A DNA stretch of 64,000 nt from Somniosus microcephalus (taxonomy: Eukaryota). This document shows, one piece after another, positions 24,031-37,734 of this stretch. The translations under genes and the position numbers were made by a program. The DNA is taken from assembly GCA_052327205.1 (NCBI GenBank), contig CM126206.1, positions 257,300,001 through 257,364,000 on the forward strand. The letters run 5' to 3'. Each line of letters begins with the position of its first letter. Position 1 is the first letter of the stretch. The notes under the pieces are model-generated. The model was given only the letters and a program-made list of their open reading frames with translations, did not search any database and was not told the DNA's origin.

Positions 24031-25039
24031 GAGCATACATCACTGGTTCATTACTAAAAACAAACTGGTTTCAGTCTAGCAGAGTCATAATGGAGCTTGA
24101 AATAGTAAAAAAAACACAGATGAAATGCACATCACATATGGTTGTGATGAGGAAAATGCTGATTTTAAATAGAAATTGCTTTGTGTGTTTCATGCTGGGA
24201 AATAGTTAAAACAGAAAACAAACAACAGATCACACAGCAACAAAATACTCTGCTCCCTTCCTCACGTGAAGGCCTCAGTTTAAAATCTCATCCGAAAGAC
24301 AGCACCTCCGACAAAGCTGCACTCCTCATTACTGCACTGAAGCGTCTGCCTAGATTGTGCGCTCAAATCCTCGACTGCGGCTTCAAACCCACAACTGAGA
24401 AGAGACAGCACAACTGAGCGAAGCTGACATTTGTAAATAAGTGGCCATTATTAAGGCGCAAGTCCTAGCGAGCCATCAGGCTGCAGAAGACATCACAATC
24501 ATGCCAAATCTGCCCTCACCCAACATCCGCACATGTGGATTTACACAAGGATCACTGTACAGAAATCAAGAGCAGGAAGCCTGGCTGATTTTTTCCCCCT
24601 TCCCGAACTCATGGTCATGGGCTAAATTTCTACTATTGCTGCAGCCGAGATCAGCGAACCCAGCAGAGATTGGGTGTCGAACCTGGGAACTTCCCACGAT
24701 GAACAGCTCAAAGTTGGTGACGTTACTTAAAAGGAACTGTTCAGCTACATTTGTCAATTGTGAACGAGCCAGAAGTTTTTTCACCTCAAAAGGTCCCAGG
24801 TTGGCAACCTGGTCTATGCTGAGTTTGCTGATTGGTCTCAATATCTCCAGCTACAGGGGAGTGAGAAATCAAGTCAGTCAGAGGTCATACCCTAATCGCC
24901 ATCTAGTAACTCTTGCTGCACATGTATTGGCGTCAGATCAAGTTGGACTGTCTCCCCACATCAACGAACAACCCATCAAGTCATTATGTAGGCAAGGTAT
25001 AGGAGGGCTGCAGCTCCCTATGGGATTGTACCCCAGCAC

Positions 25040-25155
25040 CAGTGTTCCCTTTAAGCTGTGCAGCGCTGTGGAAGTCCTGCGCAGCTGGTGAGCGGCTTTT
25101 AAATGGAAAAACTGCATATGCGTGGAATTTTGCACGGGCCTTAGAAGGAACATTG
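25040..25155 (+). mobile_element. hAT-type MITE
   Basis: TIRs CAGTGTTCC / GGAACATTG; 8-bp TSD CCCAGCAC / TCCAGCAC. Confidence 0.8.
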
Positions 25156-26562
25156 TCCAGCACAGTCTGTACTTTCAGAAAAAGGAGAAAACTAGACCAA
25201 CAGATAACAAGAATAACCAAAACAGAAGTTTCTAACACTAAACAGGCTAGAGCTGTAGTGGAGTCGCTCTACCAAGAGGGAATAATCTATACTTAAAAAC
25301 AGAAACTTCAAATACCAAGTAATAGATTTTGGCATCTGATGGCGTATGGACAAGCATGACTACTTTTTGAAATATATACACATAAATTGTAATCCTTTTC
25401 ACACCAGGTTTCAAAAGCCCTAGAACATGGGTAGACATGCAAGCTAGATTCAATTTGTGTTAATCATATATAAAAAGACCCCTGTCAATGAATTGGAGTT
25501 GAGCCAGTGAATCACTAAGCAATACAAACCAGGAAAATCCCAAGTTTGATCGCCAGTCTGTTGCTCAGTTTTACTGATCTCAGCCAGGATGGTTACAATT
25601 TGGCATCAGCACCTAAGTTAGGTAAGGGGAAAATGTCAGAGTCAGGATTCCCATTCCCCATAGTGTCCAGGAACCCCTGCTGGAAGTGCAAGGGTTATGA
25701 AATGGGGTAAAAATGGAGATGGGCACATTTGGGTTTTTTTTTAAACAAATAAATAATCTATAAAAGGCTAAAGGAAAACACTCAGTATTAATTTTAATAC
25801 ACAGTACTTTCATTGTTTTGACACCATCTCTTTGTACAGATACAGTAAAGAGACCCTGCAAATTAACACTGATGAAGCTTTTAATGGTTGTCCCAAAATC
25901 ACCATTCTAGGATCTGCCTCAAGGTCTTTGCATACTTTCTAACCCCAAGCACCTGTATAGCTATTTGCAACCTTTAGTGGAGTATAAAAACAAACTGTGT
26001 AATGAAGCTCTGGACTGGCCTTCTGTTCCCCGGTCTTGACAGGTGGGATTAATGACAGATGAAGCTTCAAAGGCTGAATGTGAAGAACGCCTGAAGTTTC
26101 AAAGCCCTGTTTCAACTTAGCTTTTAAATTAGTTTTCTTGCTCCTTTTGATTGCTTAAACTTTCCTGAACAGAATGTTAACCATAGGCTGACGTCAAAAC
26201 AAGCCCATTAATGAGATTTTACTGAAACAGGTGCACATGCAAACTTTTTCAAACATGAAGCACTGGTTACTGATTAGACTAAATTCTCACTTCCAGCAAT
26301 GTCATCAGCAAGGTCCCGCGCAGGCCGCTCACCGGTTTTTCCAATGTAGATACCGTGGGTGAGCAAAAATCTGAATGGGCCACGCATTGGGGGAAGCGGG
26401 CCGCGCAGGAGGCAGTGCAACTAACAGGGGACCAGCACCCCAGAGGTGAAGGACATGTGAGCATAGATTGAGTAAAAAAAAATAAATCGATTGCCTGCCG
26501 TTTCCACAAATCTCAAATTGCTTGCTACAACCTACCATTCAATGGAACTTATTACACAGGCA

Positions 26563-26653
26563 GATCATTTGATCATCATGCTACATACTACAACTACAGC
26601 AAGTGGATATTATGAGGATATGTTGTAGTATGTAGCATGATGATCAAATGATC
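26563..26653. repeat. Perfect 32-bp inverted repeat with 27-nt spacer
   Basis: GATCATTTGATCATCATGCTACATACTACAAC (26563-26594) and its exact reverse complement (26622-26653). Confidence 0.95.
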
Positions 26654-27809
26654 CCCGTGTGTAGCAAAGATAAAGATAAAGATAGAGAAACATGTGGGTT
26701 AAATAATTTCAATGGTTTTTTTTCCCCCTTGAAGCACAGACTAGCTTAAATTATGAGGAAGCAATACCATCGAGAAATGTTGTACTCTCCCTTTCATCCC
26801 TCCCCCAGTATTAGCTGTATGAGTATATACACTGCCTTTACCACCAGCGTCATTAGAGAGCCCATCAAATTGGTCTTTTTAAGCAGCACTCTGAACAAAT
26901 GCCACCTTTCCCACTTTTGCTCAAATTGCATTTGTACATCAGGAGTGAGCTTTTTATTTTGCCTTTTGGCAAGTCCTTTGCATCAGAGGATGCGGCTTGC
27001 AATGCAGGCTTTGAACACATCCCTGCCCAGCATTTTCCCTGCATCCATCCACTAAACCTAAGCAAACTGGTTTGTTAACAAGAAGCAGGCCTCTCTCTAC
27101 ACTTGTCCACTAAGGGCATGATTACATCACGTGACTAGCCACAGTGTCAAATATCAATAAGTACACAGGACCCTCTCCATAAAGCTGTCTTCAGTAGCTA
27201 TACGAGAAACAGGTTACAGCAAAGACCATGTTGCAGACGGAGTTTTATATGTTCTCTGTATTAATAAGAGCCATAAACACTGCATGTTATATCACAAGCT
27301 ATGGTATAATGATGAACAAATGGGCCATTTTCATTAACCAATAGTTGCCATTTCTGAACAGCAAAGCTGTTGCACATTTATAAATACATTATACAACACG
27401 AAAATATTCAAAATATTGAAATGCTCCTACCAATTACATTAGTGAAAGCAATTCATGGGACCTGAATACGGTAGATTCTTCCTCCCCAATACACCACAGT
27501 GGTAATAAATGGGTGGTCCGGTTCCGCCAAGCACCAAGAGCACCCTACACAGATCAAATTCACAATACGAAAATCTGAACTGCACAATATAATAAAGCCA
27601 AGGACCAGCACCCTTTATCTTGAGATACAGTAGTGGCTGAACAGGGAGCAGAGCCTAACAATGATGACCCATATTCTCTAAATTGGGGTGTCTGTGAGCT
27701 ACATAGCTGCGTATCAATGAACCTCAGTAGCCACATATATAAAGTTTCAATCCATGTTCCCAGTAATTTACACACATCTCAAGTTGCTGACAGATTAACA
27801 GATCTTGGG

Positions 27810-27904
27810 TAAAAACAGAAAATGCTGGGCACACTCAGCAGGTCAGGCAGCATCTGTGGAGAGAGAAACAGAGTTAATGTTTCAGGTCGATGATCCTTCG
27901 TCAG
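27810..27904 (-). mobile_element. ~95-bp hammerhead-headed PLE-derived mini-element
   Basis: Minus strand reads CTGACGA-A-GGATC-ATC-GACCT-GAAA-CA-TT-AACT plus tail. TSD AACAGATCTTGGG / AACAGATTTTGGG (27797-27809, 27905-27917). Confidence 0.8.
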
Positions 27905-28299
27905 AACAGATTTTGGGGTTCTGATTAAGGATTTAACTACCAATGCGAAAAACAACCCTTTGCAAACCTCCAGGCCAACAAAATTCAAAAAAGGACAAAC
28001 CAGCAAATAAATAGAAGCGGAAATAGGATCGAGTTGCCTGGGTCTTTCGACTAGAGAACCATAGCTCCAATTCTCCACAGGGCAAGCCCCCAGTCTCATT
28101 GTACCATTAATGGAATAGAGGAGGCAAGAATAAATTAAGCAACATCTGGGTAGTTCTCCTTCTGCTATCAGCATATCACTGGGTGCAGTGTGTACCAAAA
28201 GAACGAGGGGTTGGGGGGAAGAGAAAGAAAGAGCCAGAACGCTAGAGAGAAGGGGGAGTGAAAAGAGGGAAAGCAATGTCCTGGATTTGTGACGGCGGC

Positions 28300-28648
28300 G
28301 ACAACAACTTGTATTTATACAGCACCTTTAACGTAGTAAAACGACCCAAGGTGCTTCATAGGAGCGTTATCAAACAAAATTTGACTCCGAACCGCATATG
28401 GAGATATTAGGGCAGGTGAAAGAGGTAGGTTTTAAGGAGTGTCTTAAAGGAGGAAAGAGAGGTAGAGAGGTGGAGAGATTTAGGGAGGGAACACAAGAGC
28501 TTAGGGCCTTAGCAGCCAATGGTTGAGCGATTAAAATCGGGGGTGCTCAAGAGGCCAGAATTAGAAGAGCGTAGATATCTCGGAGGGTTGTGGGGCTGGA
28601 GGAGATTACAGAGATAGGGAGGGCAAGGACATGGAGGGATTTGAAAAT
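28300..28648 (-). mobile_element. L2 LINE 3' end
   Basis: ACAACAACTTGTATTTATACAGCACCTTTAACGTAGTAAAAC...GGAGGGATTTGAAAA. Same family as 59617-60230 and 54075-54300. Confidence 0.8.
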
Positions 28649-28989
28649 ATCAGAGTGACAGCAGCCAGAAAACCATAACATTGAGCAGGGCTATCCCAGC
28701 ATTCATAACAATGAATGAAAATCTCCTTCAACAAATGGCTCGCCAACAAGAGATGCGAAAGCAAATGGCACTCGCTGGCACTCTCATACACAGCCAGTGA
28801 AGACAAACAAAGAAAGGGAGGAAAATTGATGAACAGATAGATTAATTTTTGATAGCTGTAGTATTGCTTCAGTATTGACAATGGTGCAAGCAGAAGCCAT
28901 GTTTTCAGTTCTTGCCCTGCTGTGAAGTTGCAGCAAGTAGGTCTCCACACGTAGATTCAAAAAACAAACCTGCAAGGCAATCTTTATAT

Positions 28990-30200
28990 TGTAAAGACCA
29001 AAGCCCTGCCGCAAAGTCTGTTCCTGCATCACCAAATAACTCTCCCGCCCTGGCAATTGGCTCAGGCTGTACCAGACTGTTGGCAATTTTGGCATCCCAT
29101 TTGACCCCAAGCGGAGCTTCCAACCCCATATCCTCTATCACAAAGACTGCCTTTCACTTCTGCAACATCACCATCTCCACATCTGCCTTCGCCCATCTGC
29201 TGCTAAAGTTATGCTTTTGTAATCTCCAGACCTGGCTATTTCATGCTCTTCTGGCTGTCCCACTCCTTTCGCCCCTGGCAGCCGTGCCTACTGGAATTCC
29301 CTCTCAACCGCTCGACCACTCTCTCGCCCTACATACCCACCTTAAACCCCATCATTCTGACCAGGTTTTTGGTCACCCCTCCTAATGGGCCATAATTTGC
29401 TGCCCCTACAGGCACATAAGTGCTGCGTACGCACCCATAAGTGCACCGCAAGTTCCCGGTTTTCATGCGCAAAGCGCATGCGCGAAAACCCGGAACTTGC
29501 AATGTCAGGAAAAGGACATCCGCGGGCGGAGAGTTGGGCTATTTACCCAACTTCTGCCCAGCGAATGCTCGTGAAATTCTTACACCTGGACTCCTGCTTT
29601 TACTAGTGTAAGAGTTTTTTTAAAAACATACATTTTTATCAATCATTTATACATTAAAAACCCTGTCCAACAAGGTACGTTTATTTTTAGCCCTTTTAAG
29701 AGTTAAATTTATTTTTCAAAAAATTAAATGTTTTAAATATTTAATTAAATGGAATTTTAATTAATTTTAAATATGTAAAAAAAATTGATGTGTACATGTA
29801 TCTTTTTGGGGGGGTATTCCCATTCATGCTTATGGGTTTCCATACATGTGGAATCCCCATAAGCATGAATGAGGATCCCCTTCTTTCATTGGTTGGGCCA
29901 CCCCACGTGATCCCAGGGGCGCTTGCGAAACGTGCGCGCCCCAGGATACGTGGGCCTCTGCCCGCGGGTACCCAGAGAGGCCCAGGACCGCGAATCTCCG
30001 GACCTCCCGGACCACCAGGTACGCGGGCATTTTATTTGTGGATCGGAGGCACTTCCCTGCAGGAAGCCTCCGACCGGACCGCAAATTCAGGGCCAATATT
30101 TCCTCCTTTGGCTCGGTATCAATTATTGTCTGCTTGTGCTGCTGTGAATGGCCTTGGGACGTTTCCCTATGTTAAAGGCGCTATGTAAATGTAAATTGTT
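28990..30200 (+). mobile_element. Degenerate L2 fragment (RT C-terminus and 3' tail) split by a Harbinger-type element
   Basis: AAGACCAAAGCC...TTTGACCCC...AAGACTGCCTTTCACTTC resembles 9046-9240. The tail TTTGGTCACCCCTCCTAAT|...|AATATTTCCTCCTTTGGCTCGG...GGCGCTATGTAAATG is split by the insertion. Confidence 0.75.
29387..30094. mobile_element. Non-autonomous PIF/Harbinger-like DNA transposon
   Basis: Imperfect TIRs GGGCCATAATTTGC / GCAAATTCAGGGCC with a 3-bp AAT duplication. GC-rich ends flank an AT-rich core. Confidence 0.7.
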
Positions 30201-31639
30201 GGTGGTGGTGGTGGGGTGATACGATGCCTCAGGTAGAAGGTTGACTCCTAGTTTGCGTACAGTTCTATCAATATGGAGTTAGCAAAGTGATTGCAATTTC
30301 AAATTGGTGAACTTCGAGAGTACAACATTCATCCGAAAACTAAAGCCTACAAAGAATGCAGGTATTGAAGTAGCGAGAAAAAGCACTAGCTTGGAAATCC
30401 ATTTATCAAAATAGAATTAATTACAGCACGCTTCACAAATTAACAGCAGCAATCTCAGCGTGTAGGCGGAAGAATCGATCCTCTACTCCCTAATTTAAAT
30501 GTGATTATTTCCAGTGGGATTGTTTTGACTTGAGCAAATAATCTAGGCCGGAGGATCAGTGCTGCATTGTCAGAGGTGCCATCTTTTAAATGAGATGTTA
30601 GACTGAGTCCTGTCTGCCTGTGCAATTGTACGTAAATGATGCCATGGCACTAGTCAAAGAGGAGCAAAGGAAGTCTCCCTGTGCCCTGGCCAACAATGGT
30701 CTCTCAACCACCACCACCAAATACCAATTGAACTGTTCATCATCGCAGTGGGATCTTGCAGTGCACAAATTGACTGCCGTATTTGCCTACATAATAACAG
30801 GACTATACTTCAAAAAAAATTAATTGCCTATGAAGTCACTTTGGGACATTGAAACATAGGAGCAGGAGTAGACCATTCGGCCCTTCGAGCCTAATTTGAG
30901 GACATGAAAGATGAACACACACATATACATGTCTTTCCTTCATCAAACCAGTTCAGTCGTGTGCCCAGAAAGTTTTATGAAGCTGGGAAAGATAGCAAGA
31001 GCAAGACTGCACCAGAAACAGAGAAGGTGAAGAGAGAGCAAAGAAAACTCACAGACGGTAATACTAGCTTATTGAAACAAATAATTTGATTTCCGCAACA
31101 TATGCTAAAAAGCAAGCAGGTTTTGACGGTCATATTACTAGATGTAAAATATAATTTCCTTTTGGCACTAAAATGTAAACTTTGCCTGTAGCAAGTGCTG
31201 TAAAGCACTTTTTACTATTGGCAATTGCAGCCTCAAGTACATTCGTACACTTCCCTTGTGTGCATACAGCAAGACATTTACCCAACAGTATTTTGGCAAG
31301 CAAATTACTTTAAACCCACTACCCAGTAATGCCATGAACTAATTGCAAGCCTGATTTGCTTTAGGTACCTGCCACTTTCAAAATGCTGAATTTCAGCAAA
31401 GTACAGATAGTGCAACACACACACACACGATAAAATTACATTATACACCAAAAAAAAACTCATCAGCACTAATTACTGGCAATAACTATCTTCAGCTACA
31501 TAGACGTGTAGATACCACGACTAAATTCACTGACAAATGAACCATTTTCAGATTCTGGACAAAGTTTCCTCTGTAGAATGCGCCCAAACTTAGGGAAGGA
31601 AAGAAAAAATAAAATAAACCATGCACCAGTAGAAAAGGT

Positions 31640-31921
31640 GCTTAATGTAGCCAATTTAATAAAATATGCAACATAGTGGGGGAGGGAGTGGAATATGCGC
31701 CCGAATCCCCTTGACCGTCATCAGTTCCATTTTACAATCAAGTAGGAGAGGTACTTCGTAGGGCAAGCATTCCCTCCCCCGCTAAAACACTCAGTTGCTG
31801 CAATTTTCTTGGAAGGCGCAGTAGCAGGATCTTGTCAAGTAGAATGGTTTGGGTGAGGGGCATCAAGTCGCAGCATAGATTCTTCTACCGAAAAACTAGA
31901 TCACGTCCATTGAAAATCCTC
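31640..31921 (-). other. Candidate alternative terminal exon of an unidentified host gene
   Basis: Minus-strand acceptor TATTGTGTCTTGTTTTAG|GAGG at 31922/31921. All three frames stop within 12 codons. ATTAAA at 31660-31655 is followed by a U-rich tract. The sequence is unique and contains CpGs. Confidence 0.3.
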
Positions 31922-32554
31922 CTAAAACAAGACACAATATTCACAAACACAAGGCAGCTTTTGGGAGGCACAAACTCTGCTTGCTGCTTAGACGGCATTC
32001 ACGTAGAAAATACGGTCTGATAACAGAGGCCGCCACTACAAAAGACACAGCAAAGGTCACCTATTCCCCTGACAAGTAGAGAACAGACTTGCAGCCCTGA
32101 GCAGAATGTCTGTGCTCGAGTTACGGATCCACAACACATCACTAGTACTAGGCTGCAGCACAGGCAGCTAACCTAATTCTTTACACTGTGTGTATGTTTA
32201 GGCCCCACTGGCAAGCAAGCCCAGGAGAAGCAAGCAGAGAGGGGTTTGGGTTTTAGCATCTGCTCACTTTGAGCTGGTTCCTGCTGCTTAAACCAACTGC
32301 CTTGCCTTAAATGGTTGGATACAGAAACTTATACATTTCTGGTGGAAAATAGTCTTCAATTAAAGCCAATTTTTCCAAGAGTCTCTGCAACTGTTTGTTG
32401 GCAAGCCTGCAGCTTTTAACTTTTTGGGGGGGAACTGCAGACCAATACTCTGGAAACGATTAGGTTTCTTACTGAAAGTCACAATATAAAGTTTTTAAAA
32501 TGCCAAGATTTTTCAGTAGAATGAAGGGTAAAAAAACCCAAAAGTGTGTGTGTA

Positions 32555-32915
32555 TATACACCTCAAAACGTCCCAAAGCCCTTTACAGACAATCAAGTAC
32601 TTTTTTGAAGTGTAGTCACTGTTGTAATGTGAGAAACGCAGCAGCCAATTTGCGTACAGCAAGCTCCCACAAACAGTAATGTGATAATGACCAGATAATC
32701 TAATTTAGTGATGTTAGTTAAGGGATAAATATTGGGAAGGACACCTGGGAGAACTCCCTGCTCTTCTTCAAAATAGTGCCCCGGGATCTTTTATGTCACC
32801 TGAGAGGGCAGATGTCAGTTTAATGTATCTGAAATGGTTGAATCCCTGAAGTGGGACTTGAACCCACAACCTGCTGACAGAGGCAACAGTGCTATCACTG
32901 AGCCATGGCTGACAC
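32555..32915 (-). mobile_element. SacSINE1-like Deu-SINE
   Basis: GAAGTGTAGTCACTGTTGTAATG...GCAGCCAATTTGCG...CTTCAAAATAGTGCC...GGGACTTGAACCCACAACC...CTGAGCCATGGCTGACAC. Confidence 0.85.
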
Positions 32916-34139
32916 TAGTTAGAAATCGGACACTTTTTAGGTCCTGCATGACCATACTGCTGTGCAACTGTTCAGAATCACCCTGCTCAGGCAAAAATGA
33001 AAACTAACCTGCAAGGAGATCGTTCCAATGAGCCACTATTGCTCTTTGTACAAGAATGGCCTGTACTATACAAGCGCTTTGCAGATGATAGGAAAAAAGT
33101 GCATTAGAATCATTTAATGAAATATTTGGGATAGAATTCTAAATATGTACTTCTGTACAGAGGGACGACAAGAATGGAACACTTTGGGCTCTTCGGTCAT
33201 CAATTGTTCCCAGGCCAGATAAAGAACGAGCAAAATATACAAAATAATGGTCCCTCTACTCTGCTCCAACTTGGCTCAACCTCGGAAGAGCAAGTCATTC
33301 CCTACCACTGCATCAGTGTAACGTGCCAACTCCCCACACCACACCACCCATTCTTGTGGCCCAAGTGAAATTTCGTACCAAATCAAGGATTTATTTTCAT
33401 CAACGAGCAGAGTTCTACCCCATCAATTTAGGCTGGATTTAAATGCCCTTGACCTCCAATATGAGCGCGCAATGCTGTGTCTAACCCATTGCATTTTCCG
33501 GTCAACTTAAAGAGATATACTTAACATTAAAACACATGCCAGATTGGAGAAGATGCCTAACCAAAGAATATGCATTATCTGTGCAGACCAGAAAATAGAC
33601 ACAAATTCATTTCTTCTACAGTGAAGCCCACAGGCACCTGGGAAATGTATAGAACAAATTTAGCATGCAAATTCTGCGACAATCAACCCAAAAGTTATGA
33701 TTAAAAATACACAAGTCAGACATTCTGCACATTTTATAGTAACATGAGGCGAGTACTTTCAAAAAGAAATTCTGTATTTTTAAATATCTGCCTTGAAGTC
33801 ACCTCACGTACAAATAAAATTAGTCACCACAAAGACAATTGGGTTACCAAGTCAATTTTACAATGGAGTAAGAAACATCAACCATTACAGAAAAGTAATG
33901 CCAGATTATCATGTGTTAAGAGTCAAATTGATGATGTTAAAAAAAAACTCTCACTTCCTCAGGATGTACCAAAGCACTTTACAACTAATTATTAGACACT
34001 TATGTAGGGAAACTCAGCAACCAATCTGGACACAGCAAGGTCCCACAAATAGAACCACTCTACTTTGGCTGGACTGTAGGTAAATAATTGGCTTTTTTTT
34101 TTAAAAAGGTGCAGAATTATTTTACAAGAGCATAATACT

Positions 34140-34335
34140 GTGGTGCTGGAAATCGGAAATAAAACAGAAAATGCTGTAAATACTCAGCAGGTCAGGCAGC
34201 ATCTGTGGAGAGAGAAACAGAGTTAACATTTCCGGTTGATGACCTTGCATCAGAACTGGAAGAAAGGTCATCGAGTTGAAATGTTAACTGTTTCTCTCTC
34301 TCCACAGATGACCTGTTGAGTATTTCATTATTTTG
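34140..34335. mobile_element. Palindromic PLE-derived mini-element with two decayed hammerheads
   Basis: Arms ...CATCTGTGGAGAGAGAAACAGAGTTAACATTTCCGGTTGATGACCTTGCATCAGAACT / GAAAGGTCATCGAGTTGAAATGTTAACTGTTTCTCTCTCTCCACAGATG. Confidence 0.75.
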
Positions 34336-34734
34336 GTTGTGCTATCCCATGTCAGGCTAGCTAAATAAAAAAAATATCTATCACCACCAGACAGCAACAA
34401 AAATGGTAATTTAAGCACCTCTTGCCCTGCATAATTCTTTTTAAAATGCCATTATCTTAATCTGACTCTCAAGACTTCAATAGAATGTATAAATTCAAAA
34501 GCAATGTTCTTTTAGAAGATTGAGTCTAGCAGTAAGCAGTGTTAAAATTCAATTTTCATAGCTATAAAACTTGGGCGGCACTCTAGATAGTCGTTTTGAA
34601 TTGCACGTTATAGTGCCCAGCTGGCGCTCAGCAACACTGCAATCCAGAACTTTCCATGACTAATGCAGTTTTTAATTTACATACAGTATGCAGACAGTAA
34701 ATGGCTCCACTACTTGATCCAGTAGTGTCATTTT

Positions 34735-36075
34735 GGTTCAGTCGGTATCACTCTTGCCTTTTAGTAAAAAGGTTGTGGGTTCAAGCCCCACTCCAGGACT
34801 TGAGCACATAATCTGAGCCATCACTTCAATGCAGTATTGAGGGTGTGCTCTGCATTGTTGGATGTACCAGTAAATGTTAAACCGATTCCCCATCATATCC
34901 CATGCCACTATTTCTACAACCAGAGGACATAGGCTCAAATTGAGAAAGGGGACGGTACAGTCTATATTTAACTACTTGATGCAGGGGGCAGTGAATATAA
35001 AGAACAGACTGCCGAGGAACACAGTGGAGACAGATAGTGTGAAAAAGTTTAAGGGAGAATTGGATAGATATTTAGGAGAATGCAAGGTTAAGAAATATTA
35101 GTTGTTCTGAGACTGGCCAGTTACACTGGCTTACAGATAGGGAGAGTTAAGGGAGAGTTAAAAAGTTAGGGTTTATTAAAAAAAAAACTCGTGCTGAGAA
35201 TATTAAGAGGTTGCCTGATTGAGATTATATGAAGGGTTACAGAGCTGAATAGTGATGGTTTGTTTGCACTGGTTGAGGAGATGGTAACAAAAGCGTGCAT
35301 ATTCAAGATATGAACAATGACATAAAGGAAAGAACCTTCTGGTCGGTCCCACACAATTGTGATGATACTTTGTGCATCACAATATATACACTCCTCACCC
35401 CATCTGAAACCATGTGGTCTCCTGGGAAAGGCAGAAAAACAGATAAAAACCCAGGCCAATTTGAGGGGGGTGGGGGGGGGGGGGGGGGCGGGGAGACTGG
35501 AAAATTCCTCTCAGACCCCCTTAGGCAACCAAAACTAGTCCAAGAGATCACAGAAAGAATTAGAGTGAGATTATAAATTATTTCTTTACACAAGAGGGTG
35601 GTTAGAATGTGGAATTCTCTGCCACATTGTCGACGTACAATCCACAAATTCTTTTAAAAATGAATTAGATAATTGCTTGAAGAGGAAGAATATTAAAGGG
35701 TATGGGGACAAGCAAGAAAATAGGATTGGATTAGGTTTCTCATGTGGGGAAAACCACTGGCAGACGTGTGTTGTAACAAGCAACTGGTCTGTGGCTACAG
35801 TCTTCAGATCCAGTACTCTCATGTTCTTATTTGAAGAGCAGCACAGGCCCTATCCTGGCCAACATTCCTCCCCTCAACCAACACCACTTAAAAACAGATT
35901 AACTGGCCAATTTGCTTCTTTGCCTGTCGTCAGACCTGGGTGTGGTGCAATTGGCTGCTGTGTTTGGCTACAAAACAGTGAATGCACCTCAGGAGTAATT
36001 CACTGGAGCTGAAACACTTTGGAATGTCCTGAAGGATTTGATAAGTTGCTATATAAATGCACGGTCTTTACTTTT
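34735..36075. mobile_element. Cluster of a Deu-SINE head, old CR1 3' fragments, an inserted LINE 3' end (35318-35555) and a Deu-SINE tail
   Basis: SINE head GGTTCAAGCCCCACTCCAGGACTTGAGCAC; CR1 'TRGHRLKL' and TTCTTTACACAAGAGGGTGGTTAGAATGTGGAATTC; tail GCTATATAAATGC. Confidence 0.65.
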
Positions 36076-37734
36076 CTTGCTTCCTCACTCTAGATATGCA
36101 ATAATTTGCAGAAGAAAGAAAAGATTAAATCAAAACTGTGCCAAGTCTGAAGAACTGCAAGGACACTGCTGAGTACCACACGAAGCAGCAGGCCTCCGTG
36201 GCTGAACTGCAGCAGGCACACTTGTCTAAAGGGAAAGGGCATAGTCAATCAGTTCAGGATTGTTGCGTCTGTTTAAACCATTCCGGCTCCACAGTAATTA
36301 CACTCCAGCACTCAGCAGATTGATATGGTCAAGCTTAAACTTGCAGTACATTAGTCATAATCAAAAATGTATCATACCGGTCATTTTGGACTGTGTCCAA
36401 CAATCTGTCCTGTTAACTTGCTGCACAATCTCCCCACCAATCCCCACAATCATTATTGCTTGAACATAGCAGTAAGAATTGTGTCTGACACCCTCAGTTA
36501 GGCCTTTGATAAGTGTACAATTTTACACTAAAATAAGAGCAAAATATGCCAGTGTAGCAAAATTCATGCAAGGCTTTTGGCCCAGAAACTAATCTCCAAT
36601 CCTGTTCAGACAGTAAACTTCAAAAGATCAGCAATCCAGCGTCACTGCCTGCAGCTGTGCAATACACACGCGCAAGTGTGCTCAACATACTACACTTGCA
36701 ATTAACAAAGCGGCCCCAGAAACCAGTCAACTGAAACAGGTTAAAAATTTGTCGTGTAGCTCCAGGTTCCAAGCTAGCGAAGCTCAGTCAGGGCAGCGAT
36801 AGAGGTGCTACAACTGAACTCAACAACTCAGTTTAAGGAAAGGAATAAAAAAGTGTCCCTAACCCATATCAACTGGCCTCCCACTGATGCTTGTGTGGAC
36901 AGAGGGTGAAGACAAGATTAGGAGTTCAACGTCAAGGCTCATGCATCAATTTTGGCCATATGGGAAGGGAGAGATGGGGGAAGGGGGAAAATGAGATGAG
37001 AGGAGTAGAGATGGAGAAGGAGAAGGAGCAAAGGAGGAAAAGGAATGCAAAGGTACATCTATATACTGTAGCACCTTTTAAGACCTCAGGACACCCCAAA
37101 GTGTTTCATAGTCACTCAATTACTTTGTTGAAGTGTACTCACTGTAAGCAAACCAATTTGAGCACAAAGTCCCACAAACAGCAAATGAGGGAAGTGTTTG
37201 AGATACTTAAACACCACAAAGGTCTCACTGCTGCCAGTGCAACACTTTTGCTGACCACAATTAGCCCAGGGGCATGTGCCAAGGCCCAGGCAAATAAGGG
37301 TCTTCCTGGCTGCTGATCTAAAAAGCTATTTGGCAGTTTTACATTTCTCTGGCCACTATCTGCAGGAGAGCTGGGCTACAGAAGCACAGCAGTCGAAGAA
37401 TAATATAAAAGCAGCTTTTGTCTAGTGAATAGGCTGAAGCCATTGCAACAGTACAAAGTCACTTGCTTCATTCTGCTCATCATTTCTAGCAGTTGTGAAA
37501 ATCTGCTCTATTAAAATGGCACCTGTGAAGTCAGAACGGACTTCAAAACACCCCAATCATATAGGTGGTTCAGAGTTTAACACAAGGCTCTATTACAATG
37601 TTAGTCAAATAGGAGGAGAGATTTAAAATGCTACAAGTAACCCTCTAAAAGCTGTAATATATACCTTATGTAATTGAGTTTCAATCACAGCTTAGAGAGC
37701 AGCATTCAAAATCTCTCTCTCTCTCAAATGGAGA

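Noticed and set aside
24441-25091. 216-aa ORF
   Set aside because: It runs across two SINE-like copies and a MITE, with no protein motif.
29790-30188. ORFs in GC-rich transposon interiors (also 51192-51712)
   Set aside because: They lie within non-autonomous DNA transposons and show no transposase motifs.
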